This document shows positions 30,688-39,067 of a stretch of 64,000 nucleotides of DNA, piece by piece. Positions within the stretch are counted from its first letter, which is position 1. Every line of letters begins with the position of its first letter. The notes beneath the pieces are model-generated. The model worked only from the letters and a program-made list of their open reading frames with translations, was not told the origin of the DNA and did no database searches. Position numbers and translations under genes: made by a program. The stretch is from Acidimicrobiaceae bacterium (GTDB lineage Bacteria; Actinomycetota; Acidimicrobiia; Acidimicrobiales; Aldehydirespiratoraceae): NCBI GenBank assembly GCA_009845995.1, contig VXYK01000046.1, positions 95,547 through 159,546 on the forward strand, written 5' to 3'.

Positions 30688-31365
30688 CTATGAGTCGTCG
30701 GCGTCGGCGTCGTCGACAGGGGTTTCGTCGTCGTCTTCATCGGTGATGGCGGCTTCGGCGCTTGCCGCTTCTGCCGCTTCTGCCGCTGCCATCGCCTCAC
30801 GCGTCGAGCGGGTGACCAGCGAGGTTGCGACTGAGTCGTCGGGATCGGTGGCCGTGACGACACCGGGCGGGAGGACGACTTCGCCGACCTTGATGGAATC
30901 ACCGAGGGTGAGCTCGCTGATGTCGACTTCGATCTCGTCGGGCACATCCGCGGGTTTGGCCGAAACGGTCAGTGAGTAGAGCGTTTGGTCGACCATGCCG
31001 TTGGCCCGGGTCACCTCGACGGCTTCGCCCACGAGCACCAACGGGACGTCGACTTCGATCTCTTGATCGGTGGTGACCCGCAGGAAGTCAACATGGATCA
31101 CATCGCGCCGCACCGGATGACGCTGTAGATCCTTGACGATCGAGAGTTGTTGCTCTCCCTCGATGTCGAGGGTTATCAACGCGTTGATACCAGCGTCGGT
31201 GTTGAGGGCGACACGCAGATCGGGCCACGCGACGCTTACTGAGACGGGTTCATTGTCGAGCCCGTAGACGACGGCCGGGATGCGACCCTCGCGCCGTAGG
31301 CGACGCGACGCGCGGGTGCCTGCTGCACGGCCGAGCGTGGCGTTCAGTAGCAACTGGTCAGACAT
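30688..31365 (-). CDS. rplY: 50S ribosomal protein L25 / general stress protein Ctc
   Basis: ...RRLRREGRIPAVVYG... and ...KDLQRHPVRRDVIHVDF, with an acidic C-terminal tail. Lies between pth and prs. Confidence 0.9.
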   Translation of the reverse strand: MSDQLLLNATLGRAAGTRASRRLRREGRIPAVVYGLDNEPVSVSVAWPDLRVALNTDAGINALITLDIEGEQQLSIVKDLQRHPVRRDVIHVDFLRVTTDQEIEVDVPLVLVGEAVEVTRANGMVDQTLYSLTVSAKPADVPDEIEVDISELTLGDSIKVGEVVLPPGVVTATDPDDSVATSLVTRSTREAMAAAEAAEAASAEAAITDEDDDETPVDDADADDS

Positions 31366-31537
31366 GAGACTTGGGCTCCTGAACCGGCAAAATCAATAGA
31401 AAACAATAGCTGGAGGTTCTGTGCGAACCGGCGGATCAGGTTACCGGGATGCGCGGTGATCCCCAAGCTCGTACGGCCAGAATCGGCAGATTCGTCGCAG
31501 TCGCCTCAATTCGGCACAATCGTCGTCAGAGAGCCGA

Positions 31538-32518
31538 TCAGGCGAGATGGTTGCCGGCGAAAATCTCGCTGACAGAAGTGTCCGCGAAGACCGCCGCGAC
31601 GGCTCTGGCGATTACCGGCGCGACCGACAGGATTTCCATCTTGTCTATCTGTTTGTCGGGCTCCAGCGGGAGTGTGTCGGTAATCAACACCGTCTCGATG
31701 GCCGCGTTCTTCAGGCGATCGATCGCCGGCTCTGAGAAGACTCCGTGGGTTGCGGCCGCGATGACCATTTCCGCACCGTTGGCTACCAGCAGGTCCGCGG
31801 CAGCGCAGATGGTGCCGCCAGTATCGATCATGTCATCGATGAGCACGCAGACGCGGCCCTCGACCTCGCCGATGATCTCTTTGGCCTCGACCGTGTTGGC
31901 CTCAACGGTCGAACGGCGCTTGTGAACGTAGGCGAGATCGGCTCCCAGCAGGTTCGTGTACCGCTCCGCTACCTTCATCCGGCCGGCGTCGGGCGACACG
32001 ACAACGAGGTCGCCTTCGATTCTGGACAGATAGTCGACGAGGACCGGCATGGCGGTGAGATGATCGACCGGGCCGTCGAAAAAGCCCTGGATCTGACCCG
32101 AATGCAGGTCGACGGACACCAATCGGTCAGCGCCGGCCGCACTGAAGAGATCAGACAGCAGACGGGCGGTTATCGGCTCGCGACCAGAGGCCTTTCGGTC
32201 CTGGCGGCTGTAACCGTAGAACGGGATTACTGCTGTGATGCGCTTGGCGGATGCACGCTTTGCGGCATCGACCATGATGAGTTGTTCGGTGATCGCATCG
32301 TTGATCGAGCGCCCGTCCCAAGGGGTGTGGGTCTGCACGATGAAGACATCAGCACCGCGGATCGACTCGAAGTACTTGACATGGATCTCACCGTTGGCGA
32401 ACTCGGAGATGTTGGGGGTGCCCAGTGGCACGCCCAGTTCCTTGCAAATGTCGGTGGCCAGCGACTGAGTCGCCCGGCCTGCCACGATATGTAGTTTCTT
32501 CTTGTTGACCAGTTGCAT
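31538..32518 (-). CDS. prs: Ribose-phosphate pyrophosphokinase
   Basis: Start moved to the ATG at 32518 (MQLVNKKKLHIVAG...) because the track ORF start (32623) overlaps tRNA-Gln. Motifs DLHSGQIQGFF and VLIDDMIDTGGT. Confidence 0.9.
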   Translation of the reverse strand: MQLVNKKKLHIVAGRATQSLATDICKELGVPLGTPNISEFANGEIHVKYFESIRGADVFIVQTHTPWDGRSINDAITEQLIMVDAAKRASAKRITAVIPFYGYSRQDRKASGREPITARLLSDLFSAAGADRLVSVDLHSGQIQGFFDGPVDHLTAMPVLVDYLSRIEGDLVVVSPDAGRMKVAERYTNLLGADLAYVHKRRSTVEANTVEAKEIIGEVEGRVCVLIDDMIDTGGTICAAADLLVANGAEMVIAAATHGVFSEPAIDRLKNAAIETVLITDTLPLEPDKQIDKMEILSVAPVIARAVAAVFADTSVSEIFAGNHLA

Positions 32519-32590
32519 TCGGTTCCAGACGGTAGTTCGGGGCCCTGTACCGGCAGTGTAGATGTGGCAGACGGCTCCATCCGTGGATGC

Positions 32591-32666
32591 TGGCTGGCCC
32601 GGCAGGACTCGAACCTGCAACATCCGGAGCCAAAGTCCGACGTTCTGCCAGTTGAACTACGGGCCA
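32591..32666 (-). tRNA. tRNA-Gln, anticodon UUG (CCA encoded)
   Basis: Reverse complement is TGGCCCGTAGTTCAACTGGCAGAACGTCGGACTTTGGCTCCGGATGTTGCAGGTTCGAGTCCTGCCGGGCCAGCCA. It has the U1-A72 pair typical of bacterial tRNA-Gln, anticodon loop CTTTGGC and T loop TTCGAGT. Confidence 0.9.
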
Positions 32667-32768
32667 TCGCGTTGGCGACGGCCTTACGGTACCGTTCGCG
32701 CGATACGCCGCACCACACAATTTCCACCGAGCGCGGTTTTTCTGAGGACTCCGGTAGCGTCGGCGGTC

Positions 32769-32861
32769 GTGGGTTCACTCATCAAAAAACGTCGCAAGCG
32801 AATGCGGAAGAAAAAACACAAGAAAATGATGCGACGGACGCGCCACCAACGCCGCAAGTGA
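32769..32861 (+). CDS. 30S ribosomal protein bS22 (30 aa)
   Basis: GTG start; VGSLIKKRRKRMRKKKHKKMMRRTRHQRRK*. Closely resembles the actinobacterial bS22 pattern MGSVIKKRRKRM.KKKHRKLLR.TR.QRR. It lies inside the meaningless track ORF 32562..32861. Confidence 0.8.
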   Translation: MGSLIKKRRKRMRKKKHKKMMRRTRHQRRK

Positions 32862-32890
32862 CCCCTCCCCCGGGTCAATTGGCTCCACTT

Positions 32891-33613
32891 CTAACCGGGA
32901 TGACGGGCGGCGGGGACGGTACGGGCCACGAGTAGACCTTCGCCGGGGTGCTCACCATCCACCCACCATGTGCTTCCACTGCCCGCGAGCCGCGGGCGTT
33001 GGCCCGAGGCGTCACCGAGCTGGTCTCGCCACCGCTCCAATTCCGGAGCGACTGCTAGCGCTGCCGGTTCGAGATCGTTGCCGTTGTCGCCGACCGGCCC
33101 ACCGAGTCGGTCCCACGCCGCGTACACCTCACGGGTGGAACAGTGCACAGGTGGGATCAGCAGCGTCACCGAACGTTCAACGAACGGCAGAGGCTCGACA
33201 ATTTCACCCATGCCGGTGACCCGGGCACGCCCCCCATAAAGACAGAACGCCACGTCTGCGCCAATTCCCGCCGCACCGTTCAAGTCCGTATATCCGGCCC
33301 ATCGCAACACCGCGGCCGCGTCTGCAGAACCACCGCCGAGACCAGCTCCGGCAGGGATCTGTTTGTGTAGTCGAACCTGTGCGGTGCGACCGCACAGTTC
33401 AAGCGCCCGTCGCACCAGGTTTTCGTGTTCGTCGCCCAGCAATTGAGCACGATTGGGGCCGACGATCTCAAGCGCGTCGCCTTCGCTCAGCTCGAGCGTG
33501 TCATAAAGGTCGAGGCTGACCATTTCCGCGTCGATCAGGTGATACCCGTCATCACGAACGCCCGTGATGCGCAACGACACCGTCAGCTTCGCCGGCGCAA
33601 GAATCGCATCCAC
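32891..33613 (-). CDS. ispE: 4-diphosphocytidyl-2-C-methyl-D-erythritol kinase
   Basis: APAKLTVSLRITGVRDDGYHLID... and the GHMP kinase motif IPAGAGLGGGSADAAA. Syntenic with rsmA. Shorter (240 aa) than many IspE proteins. Confidence 0.85.
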   Translation of the reverse strand: MDAILAPAKLTVSLRITGVRDDGYHLIDAEMVSLDLYDTLELSEGDALEIVGPNRAQLLGDEHENLVRRALELCGRTAQVRLHKQIPAGAGLGGGSADAAAVLRWAGYTDLNGAAGIGADVAFCLYGGRARVTGMGEIVEPLPFVERSVTLLIPPVHCSTREVYAAWDRLGGPVGDNGNDLEPAALAVAPELERWRDQLGDASGQRPRLAGSGSTWWVDGEHPGEGLLVARTVPAARHPG

Positions 33614-33668
33614 ACGAACAGGCTAGGAGGCCGAGCCTCGCTTGCGAAGAGCCGTCGAGACTACAGCT

Positions 33669-34844
33669 ATGCTGCGCGCCATGAACATAGACACAGCGGC
33701 GGTCGATCTAGCGCTGACCACCACGAGAGCAGTACGGCGACGTCTGGATTTGGAGCGACCGGTCGACGATCAGATCATCCTCGATTGCATCGACATCGCC
33801 GAGCAGGCCCCCACGGGAGGCAACCAGTCCAGCAGACGCTGGATAGTGGTGCGCGACCCCGAGTTGAAAGCCGAGCTGGCTCGGCTGTACCGCGACGCCG
33901 CGGGAGATTTCATGATCGCTGCGCGTGATCGCTTGGAAGGCACCGACCATCCGAGCGCTCCAGCGATGCGCTCGGCGGCCTACTTGGCAGAACACCTTGC
34001 CGAGGTGCCGGTGATCGTCATTCCCACCATCGTTGGCCGCCACGACGGCAGCGGTTCCCCCGGGCTGTTCGATTCGGTGATCCAAAGCGCGTGGAGCTTC
34101 TGCGTGGCGCTGCGGGCCCGCGGCTTGGGCAGTGCCTGGACCACCGCGGTTCTCGCCAAAGCCCCCGAACTCAAAGAGTTGCTCGGCATTCCAGCCGAGA
34201 TCACCGAGATCGCCATGCTGCCGGTCGCTTGGACCAAAGGCACCGATTTTCACCCTGTTGCCCGGACCCCCGCACGCCAGATCACCTTCTTCGACGGCTA
34301 CGGCCGCACCTACGAATCAGGCCCTGGAACTCCGGTGAGCATGGCCGACGGCCCAGGCGTCGTTGTGGAATCCGACATCGCCGCTCCGATCGAGCGGGTG
34401 TGGGCCGCGGCGACCGACATCAACCTTCCCGCCAACTTCTCAGACGAGTTCATCTCCGCCGCCTGGGACGACGGGCACGACGGTCCTTCGCTGGGAGCGG
34501 CCTTCAGGGGGCGTAACCAACACGAATTGATGGGTGAATGGGAAGCCCGCTGCTATGTCGATGTGTGCGATGAACCCAACGCCTTCGGCTGGTGCACCTC
34601 CGACCCCACCAATCCCGGCGCGCGTTGGCGTTTCGAGATGCAGGCCCTAGTGGGAGGCAGTACCCGTTTGCTGTTCCGCCTACTGCTCGGACCAGGTCCT
34701 TCAGGTTTGACAGGGTTCATCGAACAAGCGCCCGACAAAGAGCACCGTTTCATCGCCAACCGCCTCCGCGCCCACCGGGCCAACATGACCCGAGTCGTCG
34801 ACGGCATCAAAGCCCACGTCGAGGCTTCCAACTCAACCGACTAG
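33669..34844 (+). CDS. Nitroreductase-family domain fused to a C-terminal SRPBCC domain
   Basis: N-terminus ...TTRAVRRRLDLERPVDDQIILDCIDIAEQAPTGGNQSSRRWIVV... (nitroreductase). C-terminal ~150 aa VVVESDIAAPIERVWAAATDINLPANF...ARWRFEMQALVGGSTRLLF (SRPBCC-like). ATG at 33669 chosen. Confidence 0.7.
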   Translation: MLRAMNIDTAAVDLALTTTRAVRRRLDLERPVDDQIILDCIDIAEQAPTGGNQSSRRWIVVRDPELKAELARLYRDAAGDFMIAARDRLEGTDHPSAPAMRSAAYLAEHLAEVPVIVIPTIVGRHDGSGSPGLFDSVIQSAWSFCVALRARGLGSAWTTAVLAKAPELKELLGIPAEITEIAMLPVAWTKGTDFHPVARTPARQITFFDGYGRTYESGPGTPVSMADGPGVVVESDIAAPIERVWAAATDINLPANFSDEFISAAWDDGHDGPSLGAAFRGRNQHELMGEWEARCYVDVCDEPNAFGWCTSDPTNPGARWRFEMQALVGGSTRLLFRLLLGPGPSGLTGFIEQAPDKEHRFIANRLRAHRANMTRVVDGIKAHVEASNSTD

Positions 34845-34856
34845 CGACTCAACTGA

Positions 34857-35690
34857 TTAGCAACTCGTCGTCGCGGGAATATCAGCCACAGCAGCCAATC
34901 GAGACCAATCTGTCAGGGACAGGGTCTCCGGCCGCGCTCGGCTGTCCAGTCCAGCATGCGCGAACCCGGCCGAATCGACGAAACCGGCGAGTGAGCGCCG
35001 CAACATTTTGCGGCGCTGACTGAACCCAGCTCGAACTAGGATCTCGATCGCTTCCAGGGGCTGATCGACCGGCGGTGCGGTGTGTCGATCAATCCGTACC
35101 AGCACAGATTCAACCTTGGGTTTCGGGTAGAACACCGTCGCCGGGACACGACCAACCACCTTTGCAGTGCCGTGATAGGCAACCAGCAGCGACGGTATGC
35201 CCACGGCCTTGTCGCCCGGCTTTGCCGCCAAGCGCTCACCCACCTCACGTTGCACCATCACCAACATCGATCCCAAGGCCGCCACATTGCCCAAGAGATC
35301 AACAATCAAAGAAGCAGCGATGTTGTACGGGAGGTTGGCCACAAGCCGCCAGCCGTCGCGACCAGCGAGAAGGCCCGCCCAGTCGAGGGTTCGCGCGTCG
35401 GCTTCGACCACCCGCACATCGTGGTCGGCAACAACTTCTCGGAGAGCACGCGCCAGATCACCGTCGACCTCGACCGCAGTGACCTCCGCGCCGGTTTCCG
35501 CCAATGCCAGGGTGAGTGATCCCAAACCGGCGCCGATCTCGACAATCGGATCACCGCGACTCGCCCCCGACAGCTTGGCGATGCGGCGCACCGTGTTCGG
35601 GTCGATGACAAAGTTCTGACCCAACCTGCGGCGTGGCTCAAGGCCGTGACGATCCAGAATCTCACGGAGTTGCTGAGGTGAGTGCGTCAC
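34857..35690 (-). CDS. rsmA: 16S rRNA (adenine1518/1519-N6)-dimethyltransferase
   Basis: LGQNFVIDPN, SAM motif VEIGAGLGSLT, and NLPYNIA. Confidence 0.95.
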   Translation of the reverse strand: MTHSPQQLREILDRHGLEPRRRLGQNFVIDPNTVRRIAKLSGASRGDPIVEIGAGLGSLTLALAETGAEVTAVEVDGDLARALREVVADHDVRVVEADARTLDWAGLLAGRDGWRLVANLPYNIAASLIVDLLGNVAALGSMLVMVQREVGERLAAKPGDKAVGIPSLLVAYHGTAKVVGRVPATVFYPKPKVESVLVRIDRHTAPPVDQPLEAIEILVRAGFSQRRKMLRRSLAGFVDSAGFAHAGLDSRARPETLSLTDWSRLAAVADIPATTSC

Positions 35691-35714
35691 GGCTGCTTAC
35701 CCTGTCCGCGCACC

Positions 35715-36422
35715 CTACAGATATCCGAGTCTCTTCGAGCAAGCCGGCCACGGGGCCCAACCGTTTATCCGCCACAGGGCGAGCGCCATCCTGTCCTGGT
35801 CGGCCGGTGACGCCTCGGCAGGATCGACGCCCACGAGATAGTCGGCACCGATTTGGGGCGCGACCCAGTCCCACGTCGAGCGGGAGAACTGGTAGGCGCC
35901 TCGATAACGGCCGACAGGGTTGAAGCTGATCGCGCGATAGTTCCCGCTGGATTCGCATTGGCGAAGAGCCTCCCACTGTTCCTCTGTCGGGTCTGGTGGA
36001 GTGGCAACGGTGGTGCTGGACGCAACCGGGGGCGTGGTAGTCGAAGACTCCGGTTCATTCTCGGGGTCCGAAACGGTCGTGTCGTCGATTGCAGTCGTCG
36101 TTATGGGCGCTTCGGCCGCAGCTGCGGTGGTTGTTGGCGCCGCAGTTGCCGCGGGTGGCGTCGTGACAGGGGCCGCGGTTGTCGTGGCGGCAGACAGTGC
36201 TTGGGATTCTTCAGCCGCACGGGCTGTCGCAGCCAGAGACATAGCTCGATCACGGGTCTCGTCGCGGTGTTCGCGGTGCGCTTCGGTCCAGGCTGCGGCG
36301 CGATCGGAAAACGAACGCAAGTCCACCGACGCCAGCGGGTTCAAGTGGCTCTCCACAGGAGGCTCTACATTCGCGTCAACGGTTGTGGAAAAGTACAGAC
36401 CCAGCAATATCGGAACCGCCAC
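35715..36422 (-). CDS. Resuscitation-promoting-factor-like (transglycosylase-like domain) secreted protein
   Basis: C-terminal WEALRQCESSGNYRAISFNPVGRYRGAYQFSRSTWDWV resembles the Rpf core. A/T/P-rich linker. Same locus position as rpfB next to ksgA in mycobacteria. The start codon is problematic (see findings). Confidence 0.7.
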   Translation of the reverse strand: MAVPILLGLYFSTTVDANVEPPVESHLNPLASVDLRSFSDRAAAWTEAHREHRDETRDRAMSLAATARAAEESQALSAATTTAAPVTTPPAATAAPTTTAAAAEAPITTTAIDDTTVSDPENEPESSTTTPPVASSTTVATPPDPTEEQWEALRQCESSGNYRAISFNPVGRYRGAYQFSRSTWDWVAPQIGADYLVGVDPAEASPADQDRMALALWRINGWAPWPACSKRLGYL

Positions 36423-36627
36423 CGAGGCAGCGACGAGCTTGCGTCGTCCGTTTCGGATGGCGTCCAGAACTGCGTTCCCTTCCTCTGGCTATGCCGTCTC
36501 TACGGTGACTAACCTGGTAAGGCAGTCGACTGTAATGCAGGTAGTAACACAACCGCAATAACAGCTGTCGGCAGAAGCGCTCTGAGCGCGGCGAACCAGA
36601 CTGAGTCGCGTTTGCACATGTGACCTC

Positions 36628-37380
36628 TCAAGTCGCGTCGAGACCGTAGAACACCGACGATGTTTTCCACACCATCGCCTCCACTTCATCCACAGGAAGA
36701 CCCTTGACCGCCGCCACTGCCGCTCCGACCAAAGGGACCAGCGCCGGGCGGTTGGGTTTTCCGCGATGAGGTACCGGTGCCAGATACGGGCTGTCGGTCT
36801 CCACGAGCAAGCGCTCGAGCGGACATGCGGCCACGGCTTCACGCAATTCGTCAGCACTCCCAAAGGTGATGATTCCCGAGAAAGAAACCAGAGCTCCACG
36901 CTTCAGACACTGCTCCAGTTCAGCTACGCCACCGGTGAAACAATGAAATACAAGACGGCTCGGGATTCCTTCCCGATCAAGGATCTCGAACGTCTCGGGC
37001 CAAGCATCCCGGGTGTGAATCATCAATGGAAGGTCATGGCGGTGGGCCAAGCCGATCTGTCGGGCGAACATGTCAACCTGAGTGCTGCGCGGCGAGTTGT
37101 CGTAGTGATAGTCGAGTCCGCACTCGCCGACGGCCACGACTTCAGGTTCCGACAACAGCGCTTCAAGCCCGTCGATGCCTGTCTCGGCGTCGTGGGGATG
37201 AACCCCGGCGGTCGCCCACACTCCTTCGATCTCGCGGGCCAGAGCGATCATCTCAAGGGATCCTTGAACCCCAGTGCCCACAGTGACTAGCCGTTCAACC
37301 CCCGCCTCACGCGCTTCGGCTGAAAGCCGGTGGCCTTCGATTCCAGCGGGCAGATGGCAGTGCTGGTCTATCCAGGCCAT
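36628..37380 (-). CDS. tatD: TatD family metal-dependent hydrolase/DNase
   Basis: Start at the ATG at 37380 (MAWIDQHCHL...), 1 nt after the metG stop. Motifs AVGECGLDYHY, MIHTRDA and VETDSPYLAP. The longer track ORF (to 37980) overlaps metG. Confidence 0.9.
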   Translation of the reverse strand: MAWIDQHCHLPAGIEGHRLSAEAREAGVERLVTVGTGVQGSLEMIALAREIEGVWATAGVHPHDAETGIDGLEALLSEPEVVAVGECGLDYHYDNSPRSTQVDMFARQIGLAHRHDLPLMIHTRDAWPETFEILDREGIPSRLVFHCFTGGVAELEQCLKRGALVSFSGIITFGSADELREAVAACPLERLLVETDSPYLAPVPHRGKPNRPALVPLVGAAVAAVKGLPVDEVEAMVWKTSSVFYGLDAT

Positions 37381-37381
37381 C

Positions 37382-39013
37382 TCAGGAGACCTGGATCGCG
37401 TCGATATCGACTTTCGTGAAGAGCGGCGTGGGCTTTGGTATCTCCGTACCGGGCGGCACTGGTCTGGTTGACCAGCCATCAAGCGGTCCCAGGATCTCAT
37501 CGAGACGGGCCGACGAAAACGGCAGGAACGGCGCCAAACCGACCCGGATGCAGTTGATTGCGTCAAGTGCCGTAGCGAGCACCGTGGCGCTTCGCTGGGC
37601 GTCACTTTTGGCCAGTTTCCATGGCTCAGTCGCGTTGAGATAGGTATTGATCGCCTGTGCACCGGCCATTGCCGTGCGCAGAGCGCCACGAAGTTCGACC
37701 CTTTCGAACAGTTGACCACAGACGGCAAGAGTCTCTTCAACCGTGTCCAGCAACGCTTGGTCCTCTGCTGTGCGGTCCTCGGACGGCGGTTGAACGCCGT
37801 GATTGTTGTGCAGCATCGACAACACCCGATTGACGAGGTTCCCCCAGGTGGCAACCAACTCTTCGTTGATCCGGCGAGCGATTGACTCAATCGATACCTC
37901 GGTATCGGCTTGTTCGGGGAAATTCGCCGCCAACGCATAACGCAAGCCGTCGGGCTCGAACAGAGCCAGACCTTCGTCAATCGTCAAACCGACACCGCGG
38001 CTCGCCGATGCCTTTCCCCCCTTGAACGTGACGTACTGATTCGCAGGCACATCGTCAGGCAGATGGAGGTTTCCCGCACCGATCAGCTGGGCCGGCCAGA
38101 ACAAGCAGTGGAAGGGAATGTTGTCCTTGCCGATGAAATAGACATGACGGCTGTCGTCGTTCTCCCACCAGTGGCGCCAAGCTTCATCGTCACCTTGTTG
38201 GGCCGACCACTCCTTGGATGCAGACAAATAGCCGATCACCGCGTCATACCAGACGTAGATGCGCTTGCCGGGGCCGAGATCGTCGACCGGCAGTTCAATG
38301 CCCCATTCGATGTCGCGGGTGATGGCCCGATCCAGCAACCCCTCCCTTATGTAGCCGAGTACGAAGTTGAGAACGTGCGGGCGCCAGTGCGACTTGTCCT
38401 TGTAGATCTCGGCGAGTTGTTCGGTGAAGTCGGAGTATCGGAAATAGAAGTGCTCGGTTTCACGACGCTCAGGTACCGCACCGCTGATCTTGGATCGAGG
38501 GTCGCCGAGGTCGAGGGCATCGAGCGTCTGACCGCAATCGTCGCATTGATCACCCCGAGCCTCGGTGTAGCCACAATGCGGACACGTGCCTTCGATATAG
38601 CGGTCGGGCAGGAAGCGGTCAGCCGTCGCGTCGTAGTACTGTTCGGAGACTCGACGATCGATGTGGCCGTTCTGCAGTTGCGCCAGGAACATCTCCTGAG
38701 TGACTCGGGCATGATTCTCGGTGCCGGTGGTGGTGAACAGGTCCCAGGAGAATCCCAGCTCCTCCCACTGGCGGACAAACTCGTTGTGGTAGCGATCAAC
38801 GATCACGCTGGGAGTCACTCCCTCGGCGTCGGCTCTGACCGTGATCGGCGTGCCGTGGACATCGGATCCGCTGACCATCAGAACTTCGTTGCCCACAATC
38901 CTCTGTTGGCGGGCGAAGACATCCGCCGGCAGGTAAGCCCCCGCAAGGTGCCCGAGGTGACGAGAACCTGAGGCATAGGGCCAGGCAACCGCTACGAGAA
39001 CTGGAACAGACAT
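37382..39013 (-). CDS. metG: Methionine--tRNA ligase
   Basis: PYASGSRHLGHLAG (HIGH-type motif), zinc knuckle CPHCGY...CDDCG, and a KMSKS-type region GGKASASRG. Confidence 0.95.
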   Translation of the reverse strand: MSVPVLVAVAWPYASGSRHLGHLAGAYLPADVFARQQRIVGNEVLMVSGSDVHGTPITVRADAEGVTPSVIVDRYHNEFVRQWEELGFSWDLFTTTGTENHARVTQEMFLAQLQNGHIDRRVSEQYYDATADRFLPDRYIEGTCPHCGYTEARGDQCDDCGQTLDALDLGDPRSKISGAVPERRETEHFYFRYSDFTEQLAEIYKDKSHWRPHVLNFVLGYIREGLLDRAITRDIEWGIELPVDDLGPGKRIYVWYDAVIGYLSASKEWSAQQGDDEAWRHWWENDDSRHVYFIGKDNIPFHCLFWPAQLIGAGNLHLPDDVPANQYVTFKGGKASASRGVGLTIDEGLALFEPDGLRYALAANFPEQADTEVSIESIARRINEELVATWGNLVNRVLSMLHNNHGVQPPSEDRTAEDQALLDTVEETLAVCGQLFERVELRGALRTAMAGAQAINTYLNATEPWKLAKSDAQRSATVLATALDAINCIRVGLAPFLPFSSARLDEILGPLDGWSTRPVPPGTEIPKPTPLFTKVDIDAIQVS

Positions 39014-39067
39014 CAGCCTGAGGTTACCGGAGCATCTGAGCCCCCAAGGGGCAATTCGGCGCAGGCC

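Noticed and set aside
32519-32623. N-terminal extension of prs in the track ORF
   Set aside because: The extension overlaps tRNA-Gln (32591-32666) on the same strand. The canonical Prs N-terminus starts at the ATG at 32518.
36423-36627. Possible ydaO/c-di-AMP riboswitch upstream of the rpf-like gene
   Set aside because: The conserved GGGGACCCA-type and pseudoknot elements are not visible on the minus strand. Only a vague resemblance (ccgacagctgttattgcgg) was seen. An Infernal scan is needed before any call.
36628-37980. 450-aa minus-strand ORF spanning tatD and the metG 3' end
   Set aside because: The N-terminal 200 aa overlap metG in another frame and look non-protein-like. TatD motifs begin at the ATG at 37380, one nt after the metG stop, so the gene was trimmed to 36628..37380.
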